Of a DNA stretch of 64,000 nucleotides, positions 27,401 to 38,895 are shown one piece after another. The notes beneath the pieces are model-generated. The model saw only the letters and a program-made list of their open reading frames with translations, was not told where the DNA came from and ran no database searches. The DNA is from Mobula hypostoma. Taxonomy: Eukaryota. Position numbers and translations under genes: made by a program. How positions within the stretch are numbered: the stretch's first letter is position 1; each line of letters opens with the position of its first letter. The DNA lies in the NCBI RefSeq assembly GCF_963921235.1, contig NC_086097.1:140060001-140124000 (forward strand). Direction: 5' to 3'.

Positions 27401-28132
27401 TCCATCTCACATCCATCATTCCCTGTCCACATCCAACTCCGCGTTTCTATCTCACATCCAACTCATCTCACATCCATCATTCCCTGTCCACATCCAACTC
27501 CGCGTTTCCATCTCACATCCACCATCCCTGTCCACATCCAACTCCACCGTCCCCATCTCACATCCACCATCCCTGTCCACATCCAACTCCACCGTCCCCA
27601 TCTCACATCCACCATCCCTGTCCACATCCAACTCATCTCACATCCATCATTCCCTGTCCACATCCAACTCATCTCACATCCATCATTCCCTGTCCACATC
27701 CAACTCCGCGTTTCCATCTCACATCCATCATTCCCTGTCCACATCCAACTCCGCGTTTCCATCTCACATCCATCATTCCCTGTCCACATCCAACTCCACC
27801 GTCCCCATCTCACATCCATCATTCTCTGTCCACATCCAACTCATCTCACATCCACCATCCCTGTCCACATCCAACTCCACCGTCCCCATCTCACATCCAC
27901 CATCCCTGTCCACATCCAACTCCACCGTCCCCATCTCACATCCACCATACCTGTCCACATCCAACTCCACCGTCCCCATCTCACATCCACCATCCCTGTC
28001 CACATCCAAGTCCACCGTCCCCATCTCACATCCACCATCCCTGTCCACATCCAACTCATCTCACATCCACCATCCCTGTCCACATCCAACTCCACCGTCC
28101 CCATCTCACATCCACCATCTCCTGTCGACATC
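12486..28132. repeat. Same satellite, right arm, with kb-scale higher-order duplications
   Basis: Same units over about 15.6 kb; degenerate unit-like sequence trails off to about 28200. Confidence 0.98.
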
Positions 28133-29554
28133 TACTACTACAGTTCGATGTCCTTATCTGCCATTCCTTGTCCAAATCCACAGCTACCATTCCCTATCCA
28201 CTAACGTTCTGCTGCTTACATCTTCAAATGCCTTTCTTAAATTTTCCAGCCTCTTAGCCTTTTGCTATAATGTTAAGTTCAGGCACCAATACCCGCTCAG
28301 TGGATGTAAAAGAAGAGTTCATTGCATCCTTTGTATCTGCCCAAGTGGTTGGATTTGGGCGGCGGGCGGGGGGGTGGTGGGTAACTGGTGCTGGACTTCG
28401 AGTGACTCTCCCATTATCAGAACTGAAGCTGATAGTTTGACAATTAATTTGCTGTTGGTGAGATACAGCTCTGCACAAGATGTCCTGTTTTCCGATGTCA
28501 CAACAAAACACTTCTAAAACATTCAGTGATCGGGTGTCCTGCAGCCACTTCTTGCAGTAGAGATGCAAGTTGTCTCTGTCTGTGCAGTCCTCTCCCCGTT
28601 TTGTGTCGAGTGGGAAGTGGTTCACTGCTCCAGGAGTGGAGTCTTTTCACTTAGAGTGACCAACTTTGTCCAAGTCACTGCAGGGTTCAGCATAAAGCAT
28701 CTGACCCAACAGCAAGATCTTCACCTTTACTTCTGTTCCAAATACCACAATGTTTCTGACCAGCCTCATTGCACAATGCTCTGTTAGTCCAGATCTTTAA
28801 TGACTAAACTGTCTGCCCTTCAATCATGAAGATTTTATAGAACAATGAACCCTGTCTCTCAGTCTACTTAGTAATTCGGAGAACCAAAATATCTGTTCCC
28901 CTCTTGGTGGAAGTATCGTAATGCTCAGATGCCCCAGAACATAATGTGACCACGGACACTTCAGACAGGAAAATCTCAGGCACTGAGGAATTCAGTGATT
29001 TACTTTGTGACATTTCATGTGATGCTTTTGTGGTTTGCCAAGACTTCACCTCAGGGCTTTATGGAGCTTCAAGTTTCCATGAACAAATCCAGTCATATTT
29101 GTACAGAAATTCTAAAGCTCTGTAACGATTAGCAATGATACATACAGCAACAAAACCCTGAGTTCACACAAAGCCAGACCCAGTTAATGCCCAAACAAAA
29201 ATAAAGCAGGTTCTTCTGTGCCTGTGGAGATACCAATGTGGGCACAGTCTGCCATCTTGTGGTGAATTGGGACATAGCCAAATACAATTCTTAAACCAGT
29301 AACTGGAATGATCAGAACAGATTCCCACCGTGTCTGCTCATAGATGGTCCTGGACAATGTTGAGAACAGATGGGGAGGGAGATGGGATCACATTTCGCTG
29401 CCCTAACTCTCAGGGATGTACAAGTCAATATTTCTATTGCTTTTTCCCCAAGTCGTCCCAGAACCCATCCTCTCCCCCCCCACCCATCCATGGTGTGATG
29501 CCAGACAAGTGAGACTGGGGTCATATAGAAGCTGCAGTACATTACCTCCCTTAG

Positions 29555-29800
29555 GACACCATTTTCAGAGCCCTTACACCTACTCCTGACCCTTGGGACA
29601 CACCTGTACCTCTGCCCCAACAATGACACTCAGGACACACACCTGTACCTCTATACCCAAATGATGATGCTTAAGACACACACTTATACACTTATACCCT
29701 CTGCTGACATGCTGACACTCAGGACAAATACCTGCACCTCTACACCCACTGGTGACCCTTGGGGCACACACCTGTACCCATGAACCTACTAGAACACCCT
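29555..29800. repeat. Degenerate ~40-bp tandem repeat next to the exon-13 donor
   Basis: GACACACACCTGTACCTCT-like units repeated 5-6 times. Confidence 0.65.
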
Positions 29801-29812
29801 AGTGACACCCAC

Positions 29813-30149
29813 CTGTAGAACAAGACATAATCGACCTTGGAATGACAGTTCTTGAAGGGCCAGGATTTGAGTCTCTGGCACTCTCTGTGAGCACGGAACT
29901 TGACTTTCACAGTCCCAGAGCAGACGTGAGGCCAGAGCCTTCGCTGGGCCTGTTTACACACTTTGTTCCTCTCCACACGCCACGACTCAGCAAAGGCATC
30001 CACATCAAACTTGAAACTGCCGTCTCCACCGATCAGGTCATCCCGTTTGTGTCCGTTGTAGTTTCCGCACAGACCGCAGAGTTTGCCCTTCAGTGAGGGA
30101 GCTGCCATAACCTCGACAAAACTGTCTCCATCCCACGAGATCTCAATAC
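29813..30149 (-). CDS. BMPER: BMPER-like exon 13 (VWD C-part / C8 start)
   Basis: GATAG|(G)[43 protein letters not shown]...[11 protein letters not shown](R)|GTGGGT; 337 nt. Confidence 0.96.
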
Positions 30150-30224
30150 CTATCAACACAAGATCTGTTACTGACCATACACTGTTCCCTCCCTTCACAC
30201 CCAGGCCAACAACCATTGTGTAGA

Positions 30225-30520
30225 ACCATGGGAGTGTCACGCACCATGTCTGGTCCTCGCACCCCACTACAGTACTGAGAGTGTATCACATCATCGTTAG
30301 CCTGGTCTATCCCTCACTGCAGAAGGGGAGTGTTGTACACCCTCAGTATGGCCCTCACACCCCCACTACAGTACTGAGAGTGTATCACATCATCGTTAGC
30401 CTGGTCTGCCCCTTCACTGCAGAAAGGGAGTGTCACACACCCTCAGTCTGGTTCATTCCCCCCCCCCCCCCACTGCATTACTGAGGGAGAGTCACATTAC
30501 CCTCGGTCTGGTCTGCCCTC
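30225..30520. repeat. ~99-bp tandem duplication in intron 12
   Basis: CCCCACTACAGTACTGAGAGTGTATCACATCATCGTTAGCCTGGTCT at about 30262 and 30361, with degenerate flanking half-units. Confidence 0.8.
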
Positions 30521-30832
30521 TCAAAGCACTGGAACTGTCCCGGAGATCCCAGAAGCAGAGTGTAACCCCCACCAACACCAGCAAACAGATCTCTGCCAGC
30601 ATCCCAGTGCTGCCCACACAACCTTCTCTGGATCAACCAACAATCTGCTGGAGGAGCTCAGTGGGCCAAGGAGCATCTGCGGGAGAAAAGAAATTGTTGA
30701 TGGGAGGGAGGTGAGGGGCAGTTTTCCTGGAGCTGAGGGGGGAGTGAAGGACCGTTCTCACCTCGGGAGGGAAGGGGAAGGGCAGATCTCACCTGCTGAG
30801 GAAGATGAAGGGGTTCCACTGCTGCAACTCAC

Positions 30833-31159
30833 CTACTGCTGTCATTACTTTCAGCAAGTAGCCCTCCAGCTGAATGGAAAGGTTTTGACCCTGATAGGGC
30901 AGTGCGAGCTTCACCCCATCCTTCTTCACGGTGAGGTGCTGGAGCAGGCTGACGGTCCCCGTGCTCAGCACCAGGTCGATCGACCTGGTCCAAGAGTAGG
31001 CCTGTGTGCGCCGAGCGTCGTTCTCCACAAGCACCTGGAAACTGGCAGCGCGGGAGCAGTCCTTCACCAGAACGTACTGGCACGTCCCTTGGAAGTTAAA
31101 GGCCCTTCCGTCAAAGGTGTTATAATGGGGGTCACCGAACACTGTACAGACGCCGGGTT
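30833..31159 (-). CDS. BMPER: BMPER-like exon 12 (VWD N-part, GDPH site)
   Basis: CACAG|(K)[34 protein letters not shown]...[12 protein letters not shown](G)|GTGAGT; 327 nt; contains the GDPH autocleavage motif known from BMPER/Cv2 and mucin VWD domains. Confidence 0.96.
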
Positions 31160-31229
31160 CTGTGTGAACATAAACACAGGGTCAGCCTGGCTCGGCACCT
31201 AGACAGATCAGTGTTCAGAGACGGGAATG

Positions 31230-31495
31230 ATGGGGCGTCACTGTAGCATAATGCTTTACGTGCCAGTTTTTAATGATTGGGGTTTAATTCCCAGTGCTGC
31301 CTATAAGGAGTTCGAACTGTCCCTCCAGGTGCTCGAGTTTCATCCCACATTCCAAAGACATTGGGTTAGGGTTAGTGAGTTGTGGACATTGAATGTTGCC
31401 GCTGGAAGCATGGCCCTTGTGGGCTGCCCAGCACAATCCTCACTGATGTGACACAAATGACGCATTCTATTGTATGCTTCAGTGTACAGGTTAAA
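31230..31495 (+). mobile_element. tRNA-derived V-SINE-like element (degenerate)
   Basis: B-box-like GGTTTAATTCCC followed by V-domain-like CCTCCAGGTGCTCGAGTTTCATCCCACATTCCAAAGAC. Confidence 0.55.
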
Positions 31496-32206
31496 CATCT
31501 GTGACCCCCTCTTTAATCTTTATTCATGGCCACAGCACAGATCAGGCCCAGAGACAGACAGGAATGGCCCATAACAGCCCAGCCTCAGTGGTGGGTGGGG
31601 TGGGGCCAGAGGTTGAGATACAAAACACATCAATTGCTTTCAGTAGAGACATCCTAAACAGAAATACAGAGTTGGTTCTGAGGGAGTGACCGGTAGGAAA
31701 GTTCGGAACTAGTGTGTGTGATGTGGCTTTAGATGGTGCTCCTTGAGGGGGATGTATAAAGATGAATATATGATCCTGGGGTATTCGTGGATCAAAAAGA
31801 CAAGAAAAGGAAAACAAATAAATGGGGTCTGTTTGGAGCAATGGGTGGGGGGTGGTGGAATTCCACAGGGATCCGTGCTGGTAGTCAGATGCTCAGGGCT
31901 CAGTTCGTCTGTTCCGTCTGTCAAAGTGTAGCATGTGGGGACTAGTAAGGGTTAGTGTCCGAGAGCGCCGTAGGGGCCAGAGCGGGTTACAGAGACCAGG
32001 AGGGGTATAGGGACCAGAGGATTTATAGAAATGGGGAGAGGATTAGGGGCCAAAAGGGTTACAGAGGCCAGAAGGGGGATAGGGGCCAGAGCAGGTTGCA
32101 GAGATAGGAAGGGTGTGGGGGCTGGAGGGTATAACAGAGATAGGGAGGGGTGAGTGAGGTATGAAGTGTAAATGCATTCGAGTGTCCATGAGAGGTTTGC
32201 ACTCAC

Positions 32207-32252
32207 TTTCAGTACAAATTGCACAGCACCCATTCCTGTTGATGGTCTTTCC
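32207..32252 (-). CDS. BMPER: BMPER-like exon 11 (VWC5 end)
   Basis: CCACAG|GKTINRNGCCAICTE(K)|GTGAGT; 46 nt. Confidence 0.92.
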
Positions 32253-33049
32253 CTGTGGATGAAACACATCGGTCAGTACAAAGATCACAGTTAACTGTGG
32301 GACTTCGTTTTACTGGGGGAGACAGTTCTTTCTGTCCAGCTTTGAGAACACATCGACCAATTCACACAAGTGGATTGAGGACATAAAGGTCGGTCCCGGA
32401 AGATCAGTTAGAGCTGTGCCGTCTGAGTGGAAGCACAAGGGCCTTGACCTGACATTTTAATTGTCTACACAGACACTATCTAACCTGCTGCGCGTCACCT
32501 TCAGGATCAGATTTCGGTATTTTACATTGTCTACCCTGGCACTTTGTCTGTCTGCTGGGGAGGGGTTGTGACCAGAGTGGGTGCACTGACTAGGCAGCTG
32601 GGGAACACCCGGGGTAGAACATTCATTGGGGTGGGTGATGGGGTGGAGCATAAGCCCCAGCATGGAGCAGGTGGGTTGAAGGGATGTTCCCCGCTGCACT
32701 CATACCGTCCTGCACTCAAGTGCCGAGTACTGGAAGGAAATGTTTCTGTGCCTGACTGAAAAACAAATCCTCACCTCTGGACATGCAGTGCAGGGCTCAG
32801 CACCAGACACAGAACTGGCTGTCAGTGTGTGAAGGACAACTCTGGACACTGAATACGTGATAGTCTAAGCACAGCACTGGACAGCACTGCAAAAACACTA
32901 GATACAATGAGGAAGAAATGGTCTGATATACACATTAGACACAATGAACCCGTACAGGGCACTAGATACTGTTGCACTGGATACACAGTAAACCCAGTGA
33001 GGTCAGGTGGCACTGTAAACATTACTCTGGACACAGTGCACTCACTCAC

Positions 33050-33154
33050 CACTGGACAATCCTTGACGGGGGGACACTCCTTCCTCCGACATTCTGTCAC
33101 TCCCTTCTTGCACACACACAGCGAGCAGTTAACTGCTGACCACATTTCCCCATC
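33050..33154 (-). CDS. BMPER: BMPER-like exon 10 (VWC5)
   Basis: CTGCAG|DGEMWSAVNCSLCVCKKGVTECRRKECPPVKDCPV|GTGAGT; 105 nt. Confidence 0.94.
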
Positions 33155-34255
33155 CTGCAGCAAGGAATCAGGAAAGACAGTGCTGGATTACAACCACCTT
33201 CTCAGGACCAAACTTCTAAACCGCATGTCACCACCCACGCGTGTTCCAATAAATACTGAGCCCCTGGGTCCTGTAAGACCTTAGCCCATTTCTGTCACCT
33301 GTGGGTGCAGCAGGTGTTTCCCAATGAACGGACTTACCTGTCCAGCTGGTCAGGGTGTCCTGCACCATTGCTGGTCCCACACCACAACCACAACTCTCTA
33401 CCCGACTGCCAGCTTCCACTGCCTAACTCTGAGTCCTGGGGCTGAGGCTGAGATCCAGAGATACAAGACCCAAGAAACCCTTCGGATCAGGTCCCCATTC
33501 CTTTCCAGAAACTCTGAAATGTTCGAGTTCCGATGGAAAAATAGGGACAGTGGTTCCCAGTCTAGACCAGAATATGGAGAAAAGAAGAAGACCAGAGGGA
33601 AGAGTCTGGAGGTGTGGTTACCCCACTCTTGGACAACACTAATGGACGATCAGGCTGTACCAACACTGATGGTGTCAGTCCACCTCCAATATCACTACTT
33701 CAATTGATTACTACCTCGTGAGGGGTCCAGGGAGGGGTAGCACCTCTGGTGTAGGGCTTGTTGGGTCCATTCTGGGGTAGCTCACTAAGCTTTGGTGCCC
33801 ACCAGACACACAGATCTCACCTGTGGCTCCAAGTAGCTGTCGGCAGCAGCCACGCCCCAGTAGACCACTTTGGCAGGTGGGCTAGACCAGGTGAGCTAGA
33901 CCAGGTGATGGTAACCAATGGGCCTATTACACCAGTGAGATAGGGACATCCCTGTCCTAGCTTGCAAAGTCAACTCCAGATGAGATCCAATGGCCAGGAA
34001 GGTGGCTCTGCAACACTCCGTGGAATCGAAGGGCATGACAAGGCACTACTGTAGTCATGGTCATCCACTGCAACCAAGGAACACCTCAGTTGTGATGCTT
34101 GTTCCAGACTTCTGGGGTCGAGCAAGTGGAACTGCCCCACTACAATGGCTTCTCCACTTTAAAAACTCTCCCACGCAGGTTTCCTGTCATCAATGGACGC
34201 GAGAGACAACCGCCATCCCGCGGGGGTGAGTACTGGTGTCTGTGACAGCACTCAC

Positions 34256-34393
34256 CTTGTAGACCCTGTTCCCAACTCGACAAAGTTTGAACTGCTCAGC
34301 GGAAATGTAGGACAGACATTCCTCACAGCACTGACCCCGATCCCGACAGGACCCGGGGGGAGAACAGTGCTTCCTGCAGATTACGCTGGAATC
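34256..34393 (-). CDS. BMPER: BMPER-like exon 9 (VWC4 C-half / VWC5 start)
   Basis: CACAG|DSSVICRKHCSPPGSCRDRGQCCEECLSYISAEQFKLCRVGNRVYK|GTGAGT; 138 nt. Confidence 0.93.
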
Positions 34394-35556
34394 CTGTGTG
34401 AAAACAAGTGCGTCAACAAACTCCAAACTCTGACTGTCACGGTAAAAAAAATCCACACACCCAGAGTTCACAGCAAGATTTTATTAACAGGCACATTAAC
34501 TAAAGCAACAGGAGGGGTCACTCCACATCCAAAGACCAGCCACGCGACAGGATCACAGCTGGTCTTTTGCTCAATCCCACTTCCCCACGTGAAACTAACA
34601 CCCCCAAAATCCACCAGTCTGCACCGTAAACGCATCAAGTACCAATCCATGCCATAAACACACAGACCGAATCTGCTGAACCTTCAGCTCCTGGGGCACA
34701 GAATTCTGAAGGTTCACAGAAGAAGCTGTTTCAGATAACTAGTGTCTTTCTGGAGTGTGGCCCCGGTCCTTGTGATCAATCCAGAGACACAGCCTCCCAG
34801 GATGGAGTCCAGCCATGGGCCACAGTGGCCCTGGGCCCTGGGTGCTGGAGGTGTGGTCGGGATTGGACCTGGCTCTCTGGAGCATGGCCTAACAGAAGTG
34901 CATGGTTGACTTTACCCTCTACACAAGCCAGCAGGACCTCTGCAGTATCCACCCCACTCCTCCTTATACAAAGGCCAGCTCTTCCAATATCCCGTAGATG
35001 TCTGGACACAACAAGGCAAAAAGTGGCAGTGGTCTGTGGACTTGCTGGGTTTACAAGTCTCATCTCCTCTGAGTGTCAGTCAGGAAAACTGACCAAAGGA
35101 CACCAGATCCAGGTCAAAGACTTCCGTTCCCACCCTAACATGAGTCCTCGGCACCCCTAAGCTAAGATCACAGCTTCTCCCATCTTTCCTCATCTTGACC
35201 CTGTCTCTCCCACATCCCTTCTCTCATCCTAATCCTATCTTTTCCAATCCAATTTTTCCCAATCACGATCACCTCTCTCCTGATCCCACCTCTCTCAATC
35301 TAATCTCCTCTCAGATACCTATGCCTTTCGCCCCCAACACACCTAACTCCCCCACCTGTCTTTCCTACCCCCATCTCTCCCCAGACACCTCCATCTTAGC
35401 CACCTTCAACTTTCAGCACCCAACCTTGCCCTACCCCTACCTCACCATCTAGTAATGCAGACTCCAGGCTGCTTTCCATCCTCCCCAGTGCTTACAGGGA
35501 GGGTGAAACTACAGCCACTCCACTCTCCACACGATAGGCTGCTTGTCTTTACTTAC

Positions 35557-35666
35557 CTTGCACACACACGAGGTGCAGTTATCATAGGCAATCGAGGTTT
35601 GATGCTCGTAGACCTTACTGTGAAACAAGCAGCTCCTGGCACTCAGGTCAAACACGCGTCTCTGAC
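35557..35666 (-). CDS. BMPER: BMPER-like exon 8 (VWC4 N-half)
   Basis: Read by hand: GCAG|(G)[42 protein letters not shown]; 110 nt. Confidence 0.93.
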
Positions 35667-36067
35667 CTGCACCAAGGCAAAAGCGTGCAGCATGTTACAG
35701 GAAGGACACACACCCACATCTTGCTCCCAGAATGAAGAGATGGCCCTCACAGAGACCAACTATTTCTAGAGTATGTGGCATGGACTGTTCGGCTCGTCTG
35801 CTGTGTGCCGGGATTTCCTCTCCACCCAGGGTGTCTGCACTGCCTTCATCTCCCCAATTAGAATCTTGCTCCTTGGTCCTCTGGACGAGGCTGGAAGGTC
35901 TGTCAAGCCTTCTCCTTGGTTACATCCTCAGTGTCTCCACAGGGTAATCAGTTAAAATCTTAAATCTGCCATCACAAGTTGAGTGCCCTTGAGTTACCCA
36001 ATGTTCCTCAGTAAATCTTTCCTTCAGCACGAGTGGAATTTATGCTGTGAAAATTGAATTCACTCAC

Positions 36068-36167
36068 CAAAGCACCGGGGGCAACATTTTCCAGTCGGCA
36101 CTCGGCTGAGGTGATGCGGGCAGGAGAGAATGGGGCAGACCTCACGGACACAGTGCAGTGCGCCACC
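36068..36167 (-). CDS. BMPER: BMPER-like exon 7 (VWC3 C-half)
   Basis: [38 protein letters not shown](G)|GTGAGT; 100 nt. Confidence 0.95.
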
Positions 36168-36729
36168 CTGTACACAAGCAGAGACCACAACGTCAACACT
36201 TCTCCATACCGTCACGGCCAGACTGTATAAGGTCAGTGAGAGGGACGACAGAACAACCTCAGGGCCTGGTGCATGGGCTGTGAGTTGAGACAAGTGTACC
36301 AGTGCAGAAGAATCTGCTGGACCAGGACACAGAGTGGGGAGCACATCCCGTGAAGACAGTTGTCCCAATGGGAGCTTGCTGTGCAACCTCGGGAGCCAGG
36401 AAGCTCAACCAACACAGGTTTAAGGTAGAACCAGAGATGGGGGAGGATACATTTACATGTTTCAGAAGGACAGACTGTAAAAGGAAGGAGGTAGGTAGCT
36501 ATATTCGTGAAGGATGAAATTGGTACCGAGGAATGATGGGGAACTACAGGACTAAAAATTCCATCTGAGGCAGAATCAGTGGAGGCCAAAGGGGAAAATG
36601 GCAAGGGTGAGAGGGATATGGGCCACTGACAGGTCAGTCTCTGGTACATAACACTGTGGCCTGTCCCACAGGGCAGTCAGGATGTGACCTAGCTCCCTGG
36701 ACAGGATAACATTCACCTGGAGCAGCAGA

Positions 36730-36990
36730 CACTGGCCCACCTCTGGACTTGGAGGAGTTGCATGTTGTTCCATTACAGGGTGTGCCACAGTAAACCTAGG
36801 GCTTCAAGGCGCATAGTACGCATACAGGAAGGCACCGTGATCCCAGCTCTGTCTCAGGAACAGATCATCAAAGGACTGAGGGAAAGGTTCAAGGATGAGC
36901 TCAAACCTGCCACGAAATGATGCAACATTCCCACTGATGCCTGGTATCCTGGCCTGTGACTATTCAGTGTGGAACCATCTTTGGGATGGG
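36730..36990 (+). mobile_element. Possible RTE-clade LINE 3' remnant
   Basis: Degenerate ..RFKDELK..CNIPTDAW resembling an RTE ORF C-terminus; weak. Confidence 0.4.
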
Positions 36991-37014
36991 ATTGAGAGCG
37001 TCAAGTCACAATTG

Positions 37015-37551
37015 CAGACATCCCACCTCTCCCTGAAGTTCTGGGAGTCTCCCACATATTAATAGTGGCTCCCTGATGCCCGCAAATTATTTACAATATC
37101 CCGGAAATCAATTTTTTTGAGAGCGAGAGACAGCGAGAGAGAGTGTGAGAGGGAGCGCGTGAGAGAGCAAGCGCGAGACAGAGCAAGCAAGAGAGAGCGC
37201 ACGCCATGGGAGAGTGTTCCAAAAAAAGAAAATATAAAACGTACGTCACCCCAGACTACCCTAAAGTGTACCCCTGCCTAATAGGGGTCAAAAATAATGA
37301 CAGTGTTGCTCGCTGCACAGTTTGCAACAGTGACTTTTCATGGTGGGTTAAGGCTGTAAAAGACATGTTGAGGTGAGTTTAACAGGTGTCATTCGTTCAT
37401 TAGCAATAGCTAATATTATATAAACTAGCTGGCTAGCTGCTAAGGAGCTACTCTATTGCAGACATCCCACCTCTCCCGTAAGTTCTAGGAGTCTCCCGCA
37501 AATTGATGGTGCTACCTCCCTGAAATGAGTTTTTGCAGGGTGGGATGTCTG
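37015..37551 (+). mobile_element. Non-autonomous DNA transposon with a BED-finger transposase remnant
   Basis: TIRs CAGACATCCCACC / GGTGGGATGTCTG flanked by CAATTG on both sides; internal ATG 37206 gives MGECSKKRKYKTY...ARCTVCNSDFS, then a frameshifted HGG/CKRHVE and a GTGAGT donor at 37373. Confidence 0.75.
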
Positions 37552-37649
37552 CAATTGTGTGTATACAAAGATCCTGGGTAAAGCACAGGAGAAGACCACC
37601 AACCTCACAAACCCCCTCCCACAGGAGGCAGGCTGTTTTGGATTGGGTA

Positions 37650-38400
37650 TAGTGTAATGATATGGGGTACAGTGCAGCAACACAAGATACAGTGCAATGA
37701 ATTGGGGTACCATGTAATGAAATGGGATACAGTGCAATGAAATGGAACACAATGTAATGAAATGGGCTAAAGTGTAACAGCACAACGTATCATGTCATGA
37801 AAGGTACAGTGTAATGACACAGGGTACAGCTTAGTGAAATGGGGTCAGTGTCATGAAATAGGGCATAGTGTAATGAAATCAGATACAGGTAATGAAACAG
37901 GGTACAGTGTAATAACATGGTACAGTTTAGTGAAGTGGGGTGCAGAGTTATGTAATAGGGTACAGAATAATGAAACAGGGTGCAGTGTAATGACATGGTA
38001 TACAGTGATAAAATGGGGTACAGTGTAATGACTTGTGGTACAATGTAATGAAATGGGGTGCAATGTCATGCAATAGTGTACAGTGTAATGAAAGGGGTAC
38101 TGTGTTATGAAATGAGAAAGTGCAATGAAATGTGAAGAAGTGTAATGACAAGGGCACAGTGTAATGAAACAAGAAACAGTGCAATGAAATGTGGTTCAGT
38201 GTAATGAAAGGGGTACAGTGTAATGAAAGGTGCTACAGTGTAATGAAACAAGAAACAGTGCAATGAAGTGGGGTACGGTGTATTGAAATGTGGTACAGTA
38301 TAATGACAAGGGGTACAGTATAATGACAAGGGTACAGTTTAGTGAAATGCAGTGCAGTGTCATGTAATAGAGTACAGTGTAATACAAAGGGGTACATTAA
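37650..38400. repeat. Degenerate ~20-bp minisatellite (TACAGTGTAATGAAATGGGG-like)
   Basis: Recurrent CAGTGTAATGA motif at about 19-21-bp spacing. Confidence 0.88.
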
Positions 38401-38812
38401 TGAGCTTTCAGTAATGGATTCCTCAAGGAGAAGCAATTATAGCTCATATGACTTCAAACTCAGTTGCTAAGTTGGGCAGAGCAGTGGCAGGTGGAATTTA
38501 ATCCAAATGTGAGGTAATGCAGGGAACAGAGGGTTGGGGAAAATGGGGTGCTTGGAGGGACTAGGAGGTCAGGAGGGGGATTGGGAAGTGATGAGGGGAC
38601 AGGGAGCTGCAGGGTTACTGTGAGGTTCAGGTGGGATGGAGAGCTGGAGGCAGGAGCTAGGGATCTAACTTGGTTGCTAATGCGAGCTTCCACCAAGGCA
38701 GCACTTGTCCGCCTGTCCCCTGCAGCACTCTGCCAACTGTGTGTGGGCCAGTAATCTTCCTCAGGGCTCCCGGGGCGCTGATGCCTTCTGCAGATTCCTC
38801 AGTCACACTCAC

Positions 38813-38895
38813 CGTGCAGGAACATTTAATACAATGGTCTCCATCCGGATAGAATTGCTCCCCTTCCCGGTAGTGGTGTCCACCAAACTCACAAC
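38813..38895 (-). CDS. BMPER: BMPER-like exon 6 (VWC3 N-half)
   Basis: TCCAG|(G)CEFGGHHYREGEQFYPDGDHCIKCSCT|GTGAGT; 83 nt. Confidence 0.93.

Noticed and set aside
839..28132. CRISPR-like appearance (constant core plus variable segment)
   Set aside because: The variable parts are only 0-10 bp, drawn from about four recurring variants rather than unique spacers; eukaryotic context and no cas genes.
767..28257. Giant His/Pro/Ser-rich + strand ORFs (up to 3581 aa) and many minus-strand [13 protein letters not shown] ORFs
   Set aside because: The satellite + strand almost lacks TAA/TAG/TGA, so all three frames are open simultaneously and exchange the same peptides at each 35/46-bp unit. They lie within an intron of a well-supported gene. 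Compositional artefact, not mucin-like genes.
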